Part shown: positions 27,572-32,000 of the stretch, in pieces
Layout of the letters: the number at the start of each line of letters is the position of its first letter
How positions within the stretch are numbered: the first letter of the stretch is position 1
NCBI GenBank assembly: GCA_943789275.1
Contig: CALSTM010000002.1
Span: 180,001-212,000, forward strand
Source: Candidatus Poseidoniaceae archaeon
GTDB taxonomy: Archaea > Thermoplasmatota > Poseidoniia > Poseidoniales > Poseidoniaceae
Direction of reading: 5' to 3'
DNA: 32,000 nt
The notes under the pieces: generated by a model
What the model saw: only the letters and a program-made list of their open reading frames with translations
The model's database searches: none
Told to the model about the DNA's origin: nothing
Program-made: the position numbers and the translations under genes

Positions 27572-29509
27572 TCAATCTGCTCCGAAGAACTGTCGAATCA
27601 TTGGGTGCATTTCCATCGCTTGTTCCTTTTGGATTTGCTCATAGGTACGCAAGATGATACCGACCGCAAGCAACAAACCTGTTCCGGTCGCATTACCAAC
27701 TGTACCAAGTAAATCCGCACCTGCAGCGAGCAATCCTACGAAAGCACCAGAGAAGTAAGTCACCGGAGGAATGTAGTTCTCCAGAATCTTCTCAAGAATC
27801 TTAGGGTTCTTACGGAATCCAGGAATTTGCATTCCAGTTCGCTCGATTTGCTTAGCTACGTCCTTGGTACCCATGTTGGTCGTGTCAATCCAGAACTTTG
27901 CAAAGACCATTGAACCAACGGTCATGAGAGCAGTGTAGAAGACAACGTGTACCATAATCTGAGTCAAGCTATGCCCGAATACGTCACCCTGTTGATTCAA
28001 CAACGGCAGCATCCAGTCGTTCACCCCGTTCACCATGCTAGCGTACCAAGCGAAGCCTCCTGAAGCAGTCGTTTGACCCGCTTCATAGGTCCCAATGTAT
28101 TGAGATGCACTCGCCCAGCCTTCACGTCCCAGAATTGGAGTTTGTGAAAGCGTAGGATGGCTCCAGAAGAGCAATGAGAACATGTTGATGTTCGCAAGCA
28201 GTGCCGCCATCAAAATAACTGGAATGTTCGATGCATAGACCAAGCGAATAGGATACTTACCTCTGTGGCCACGGACCTTGCCGTGCGTCAACGGTAGTTC
28301 GAGTTTACTGGATTCAGCATACGCGACCACCAAGAACACAACAATGGATGAAAACAACGCTGCAACAGGATTGACGTGCGTCAGTAAGATCTGTTCAAAC
28401 CCATTGTTTGAAATCATTTCAGCGTTCGTCGCCTCTCGGAACATATAGAAAATCATCGGTAATGTACCCGAAGGTGGATTTTGAAGTGAGTAAGGCACGC
28501 CAGTGGTGGCAGGGAGTGGGGACAATGTCCCTACGAATGTAGACTGTGCTACACCCGCAGCAATGAACAGCGAAATACCTGAACCTATACCCCACTTGCT
28601 GACCAATTCGTCGAGCAGGAAAACAAGGTATGAACCGGCAAACAACTGCGCTACAATGACGAAGTTTGCCCAACCAAGCCCGTAGGTGTCGATAAGGAAT
28701 TCTTGAGGGTCAAGGAAACCGTAAGTTTGTGGAATCGATTCAATTGGTATCATAATGAGAACCAAGAGTTTCTGCACACCTTGGTACATTGCCTTGTCTT
28801 CAGAATTGCTGAGGTCAAGTCGAATGATTTTAGCACCTGCAAACAGTTGCATGATAATCGAACCGGTAACGATTGGTCCAATACCCAGGTGCATGATTGT
28901 ACCCGAAGCTCCTGCCATAATCGAGCGGAAACCGCTGAACAAATCCAATGCTTCTCCAGACAGACCGTAGAGCATGACATTGGTCATTGCGAAGTAGATG
29001 ATCAAAACGAAGGTCGTGGTCCACATTTTTTCATTGAAACGAACGTGTCGTTCTGGCTTGGTAATGGTTGGATAAACATCGACGAATCTGCGAAGAGCGT
29101 AAAGACGACTGCTGTCATCTCCGCCCCACATGAAACAAGTGATGATTGAAGCGGCACCGAATCCAAGAAGACAGATACCAACGAGGAAGAATCCGACGCC
29201 TTCGTCGTAACCGCCCCATGCAGAAGGTCGCACATACCATGCCGCTAAACCGAGCATGGCAAGCCAACCGAGAAGTTTCCCATAACGTCCTACAACGGGC
29301 ATTGTCTTGAGACCCTCTGGCATGTCAATCATGAGACAGGCCATCAAGTAGCCAACATAGATGAGCGAGAAAACAAGACCAAAGATGGCTGCTTCTCCAC
29401 CAGCGGTGTCAAAACCTGCTTGGAGATCGTCACGGACCCAGTAAACAAGTAGACCCCAATAAAGGAGGCCAGAGAGAGCTACTGCGAGTGGCATTGGCTT
29501 GTGTTTCAT
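27572..29509 (-). CDS. secY: preprotein translocase subunit SecY with an N-terminal ~125-aa four-TM extension
   Basis: The canonical SecY N-terminus (PTITKPERHVRFNEKMWTTTFVLIIYF) appears at about residue 145 of 645. The rest is a typical 10-TM SecY. It sits after rpl15 as in archaeal spc operons. Confidence 0.95.
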   Translation of the reverse strand: MKHKPMPLAVALSGLLYWGLLVYWVRDDLQAGFDTAGGEAAIFGLVFSLIYVGYLMACLMIDMPEGLKTMPVVGRYGKLLGWLAMLGLAAWYVRPSAWGGYDEGVGFFLVGICLLGFGAASIITCFMWGGDDSSRLYALRRFVDVYPTITKPERHVRFNEKMWTTTFVLIIYFAMTNVMLYGLSGEALDLFSGFRSIMAGASGTIMHLGIGPIVTGSIIMQLFAGAKIIRLDLSNSEDKAMYQGVQKLLVLIMIPIESIPQTYGFLDPQEFLIDTYGLGWANFVIVAQLFAGSYLVFLLDELVSKWGIGSGISLFIAAGVAQSTFVGTLSPLPATTGVPYSLQNPPSGTLPMIFYMFREATNAEMISNNGFEQILLTHVNPVAALFSSIVVFLVVAYAESSKLELPLTHGKVRGHRGKYPIRLVYASNIPVILMAALLANINMFSLLFWSHPTLSQTPILGREGWASASQYIGTYEAGQTTASGGFAWYASMVNGVNDWMLPLLNQQGDVFGHSLTQIMVHVVFYTALMTVGSMVFAKFWIDTTNMGTKDVAKQIERTGMQIPGFRKNPKILEKILENYIPPVTYFSGAFVGLLAAGADLLGTVGNATGTGLLLAVGIILRTYEQIQKEQAMEMHPMIRQFFGAD

Positions 29510-29516
29510 CGTAATT

Positions 29517-29522
29517 CCTCCT
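29517..29522 (-). promoter_or_regulatory. Shine-Dalgarno AGGAGG 7 nt upstream of the long-form secY ATG
   Basis: Minus strand reads AAGGAGGAATTACGATG. It is complementary to the CCUCCU 3' end of the 16S rRNA in this window. Confidence 0.6.
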
Positions 29523-29535
29523 TAGAAATCGGGAC

Positions 29536-29958
29536 TCATTCTTCTTCCCATTCGTCGTCTCCGGCCACGATGCTTCCACCTGCGGCCTCGAGTTTCTCGA
29601 CTGCGTTCGAACTTGCCTCTTGGACGATGACCTTAAGGGCACTGTTTATTCGACCACTTCCAAGAAGTTTATCGATACCAAGTGCGGTCAAATCAATAGT
29701 GTCGCTGCCTTTTGCCATGTCTTCCAATTGGCTGACATTGACGGTAACGTACACTGTTCGAAGAGTTGGATGTCGGTTGAAACCGTGCATACCCCAATGG
29801 TTTGGCATATACTTGATTCGGGTCATGACTCGGTGCTTGTTAATTCCAGCGTTTCCTCGTCCACCACGCTTTCCTGCACCACGGCCGGCTTTCTTGCCAC
29901 GTCCATGGTATCGGTTTCGTCCACGATGCTTGTTTGCTTTTGTTCCCATCATAATCAC
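29536..29958 (-). CDS. rpl15: 50S ribosomal protein L15 (uL15)
   Basis: GTKANKHRGRNRYHGRGKKAGRGAGKRGGRGNAG and the C-terminus KVIVQEASSNAVEKLEAAGGSI. The ORF-track start is a GTG. The ATGs at 29952 and 29949 follow GAGGTGAT and are more likely. Confidence 0.95.
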   Translation of the reverse strand: MIMMGTKANKHRGRNRYHGRGKKAGRGAGKRGGRGNAGINKHRVMTRIKYMPNHWGMHGFNRHPTLRTVYVTVNVSQLEDMAKGSDTIDLTALGIDKLLGSGRINSALKVIVQEASSNAVEKLEAAGGSIVAGDDEWEEE

Positions 29959-29959
29959 C

Positions 29960-30430
29960 TCAAATCATACGCTCAACGAGCGCACCAATCTTGTCTCCTC
30001 GAGAACCGAGGGCTCCACCAACCACAAAGGATCGCTTAATGCCACCCCAGCCCTTTGGGCCACGCGGTGGGTGAAGTCTGAATACACGCTTCAAGTCGGG
30101 AACTGCCTTGACCGTAGCATCACCATCAGAAATCGCCTTAGCGAAAGCAGTGATGTCAGCATAGTCTGTGTGTTCTGCAACAAGAGCATCTGTCAAAGGA
30201 GCGTCGCCAACCATTCGGCCACGTTCCGAGAGCATCTTTTCGACCAGTTCTGGCGTAGCTTCTCCCCAAGTGATGTAATCCTTGGCCTTTTGAAGCATAC
30301 CTCGATACTGAGCGTTCTCAGGAATAATCACTGCGTGATTGACCTTTGTTAGGTTCATGTGCAACATGGTTTCTTTGATACCACGTTCGACACCGACGTT
30401 ACTTCGTGCTCGTACTACGATCCAACTCAT
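29960..30430 (-). CDS. rpl30: 50S ribosomal protein L30 (uL30, archaeal long form)
   Basis: VNHAVIIPENAQYRGMLQKAKDYITWGE...AEHTDYADI...RLHPPRG closely resembles haloarchaeal L30 as I remember it. Its ATG overlaps the S5 stop (ATGA). Confidence 0.95.
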   Translation of the reverse strand: MSWIVVRARSNVGVERGIKETMLHMNLTKVNHAVIIPENAQYRGMLQKAKDYITWGEATPELVEKMLSERGRMVGDAPLTDALVAEHTDYADITAFAKAISDGDATVKAVPDLKRVFRLHPPRGPKGWGGIKRSFVVGGALGSRGDKIGALVERMI

Positions 30431-31191
30431 TCTAGAATCCTCCCTTTATTGATAAACAAGCGCTCTTTTGATTCGTTTGAAACACGAGTTGTGTTCATGT
30501 TCTGCAGAGCGTTGAATGTAGCACCAGCGTAATTGATGGTGGTGCGAGTTTGACCTTTGGTTCGTGAAAGAACGTCAGATACACCTGCAAGGTCGAGGAC
30601 ACGCTTTCCGGTTTCGCCGATAACGAGTCCCTTACCCTTTGCAGCAGGCATCAATGTGACACGAGTTGAAGCGGCACGTCCGTGAGTCTTGAATGGAATC
30701 GAAGTTCCAGGACCTGCAGACGATTCCCAAGAACCGTTACCACGTTGAACGGCGATGAGGTTGAGTTTAGCAGCGATAATTGCCTTGCGGATTGCTGCTG
30801 CCACTTCCTTAGCCTTGGCCATACCGAGTCCGACGTATCCGTCCCGGTTGCCTACGCATGCCATGACATTGAAACGAACACGTCGTCCACTGTCGGTCAT
30901 TCGTTGAACCATGTTGACCTTGATCACATCGTCTTCGAGGTTTGGAATCAATGCATCAACGATTTCAACTTCACGGATTGGAAGACCGGTCGCCAATGCT
31001 TGTTCGTAGGTAAGGACCTTACCGGCCATGACCATTTGACCCAATCGAGTCTTGGGGACCCACTTACGGAGTCCGGACATTGGGTCATCTTGCTTGCGAC
31101 GACGAGGTCGTCCGCCAGTATCCTCAGTTTCTTCAGGTGCAAGAGCTTGCATAAGCCCCGGTGCCATTTGTATGATTTCTTCTTCTGTCAT
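30427..31191 (-). CDS. rps5: 30S ribosomal protein S5 (uS5)
   Basis: WVPKTRLGQMV, FNVMACVGNRDGYVGLGMAKAKEVAAAIRKA and the GLVIG...VLDLAGV motifs. Its ATG overlaps the L18 stop (TGATG). Confidence 0.97.
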   Translation of the reverse strand: MTEEEIIQMAPGLMQALAPEETEDTGGRPRRRKQDDPMSGLRKWVPKTRLGQMVMAGKVLTYEQALATGLPIREVEIVDALIPNLEDDVIKVNMVQRMTDSGRRVRFNVMACVGNRDGYVGLGMAKAKEVAAAIRKAIIAAKLNLIAVQRGNGSWESSAGPGTSIPFKTHGRAASTRVTLMPAAKGKGLVIGETGKRVLDLAGVSDVLSRTKGQTRTTINYAGATFNALQNMNTTRVSNESKERLFINKGRILE

Positions 31192-31703
31192 CAGTATGCC
31201 CCCTCGATTTTGGTTTTGGTTGATTCAACTGCAGCTGCCATGTCTCCGTTGATGTGAGCACCGTTGATACGGTCTTCATCCGGCAAGACATTTTCGCCGT
31301 GTGGAATTTCGAGTCCTGCGTCGACCATGCCCTTGAGAGCAGAGAAAACACGGTTCCCCGGTGTGCTAGCAGCCAATCCGATGTCAAGAACTGCTTCTTC
31401 AGCACCTTGTGCCAGAGCAGCCTTACCCATGGCGAATCCTACCAAGTAAGAAGCCGAAACGGATTTCTTTGAATAGTCTTCAGGCCAACCGAATTTCTTG
31501 GACAGGTCGGAGCCGGTCATGGAAACTGTAACGAGGTCACCGGATGCTGCCCAGGTCACAAGTTGGCAAGTTGTACGGGTGTTGGACACACGAACGACGG
31601 CACGAGGCTTGCGGCCAGTGAGAAGCTTGAGACGGCGACGGTAATCGGTCAAACCTGCCTTACGGCGACGGAAAATGGAGCGGCGGCGAGTTCCTCTCAT
31701 CAC
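31191..31703 (-). CDS. rpl18: 50S ribosomal protein L18 (uL18)
   Basis: RRRKAGLTDYRRRLKLL...RAVVRVSNTRTTCQLV and its position in the operon. AAGGAGGTGA (31717..31708) lies 6 nt upstream of the ATG. Confidence 0.95.
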   Translation of the reverse strand: MMRGTRRRSIFRRRKAGLTDYRRRLKLLTGRKPRAVVRVSNTRTTCQLVTWAASGDLVTVSMTGSDLSKKFGWPEDYSKKSVSASYLVGFAMGKAALAQGAEEAVLDIGLAASTPGNRVFSALKGMVDAGLEIPHGENVLPDEDRINGAHINGDMAAAVESTKTKIEGAY

Positions 31704-31999
31704 TGCTCACCTCCTTTGAATTCGACGCCTTCCATGGTCATCTGAGAACGCATGTGGGCAATTGAACGGTATGAACCACCCTTTGCTTTGAGGTAGTATC
31801 GACGGTATTGAGAAGGTTCGATGGTTTCATCTTCACGAAGTTCCTTGAGAACACGTCGTTGTGAACGGATAGTTCGCATCCATCGGTTCTTACGAGGGTT
31901 TCGAGCGTTGGCTGTACCGGCTCTCTTACCTTGTCCCTTTCGTCGTCCCTTGCGCTTCTGCTCAAGACGAGCACGAGCACGGACTCTGGAAGTCCCCTT
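31703..31999 (-). CDS. rpl19e: 50S ribosomal protein L19e (eL19), 3' part; the 5' end lies beyond the window
   Basis: My own translation of the minus frame from 31999: KGTSRVRARARLEQKRKGRRKGQGKRAGTANARNPRKNRWMRTIRSQRRVLKELREDETIEPSQYRRYYLKAKGGSYRSIAHMRSQMTMEGVEFKGGEQ*. It is absent from the ORF track because the part after the first in-window Met is under 60 aa. Its stop overlaps the L18 ATG (TGATG). Confidence 0.9.
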
Positions 32000-32000
32000 G

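Noticed and set aside
29501-30352. 283-aa plus-strand ORF (also 29620..30039+ and 30682..31257+)
   Set aside because: They are antisense to the L15, L30 and S5 genes. Their Pro/Arg/Ser-rich low-complexity translations are typical of the antisense strand of highly expressed basic-protein genes.
31738-31980. 80-aa minus-strand ORF from the track
   Set aside because: It is the wrong frame of the L19e gene. The adjacent frame gives an unmistakable eL19 sequence that ends in the TGATG overlap with the L18 start.

Overview
This window is a compact, about 93% coding chromosomal segment from an archaeon. The archaeal assignment rests on several features. There is the tail of an archaeal spc-type ribosomal-protein operon (L19e-L18-S5-L30-L15-SecY, minus strand). 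There is a 16S rRNA gene that starts ATCTGGTTGATCCTGCC and ends GGATCACCTCCT. aTrm56 is present, and TATA-like boxes sit about 26 nt upstream of several start codons. A 16S gene next to an spc-like operon and not followed by a 23S gene matches what I recall of uncultured marine Group II (Poseidoniales) or other Thermoplasmatota fragments. That placement is inference and needs a 16S search.

The other genes are mostly housekeeping: carAB, folP, NAD kinase, thiolase, YjbQ, LemA, TauE, TraB and a DHH phosphoesterase. There are also several uncharacterised membrane proteins.

I found no CRISPR array, transposase, integrase, tRNA or recognisable defence system.

The observations most worth follow-up are:
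1. SecY has a four-helix N-terminal extension that is preceded by a Shine-Dalgarno (SD) motif.
2. Two tandem paralogous membrane proteins share a His-dense N-terminal motif and lie directly downstream of the orphan 16S gene.
3. An operon with overlapping stop and start codons encodes an RND-type exporter, DUF4281, DUF2071 and a DCC protein, followed closely by a PIN/TPR-like protein.
4. A surface protein with calcium-binding repeats and a transglutaminase-like domain is split by a frameshift.
5. The 16S transcription unit appears to stand alone, with a hairpin plus U7 terminator.

All family assignments come from motif recognition by eye. No searches were run.
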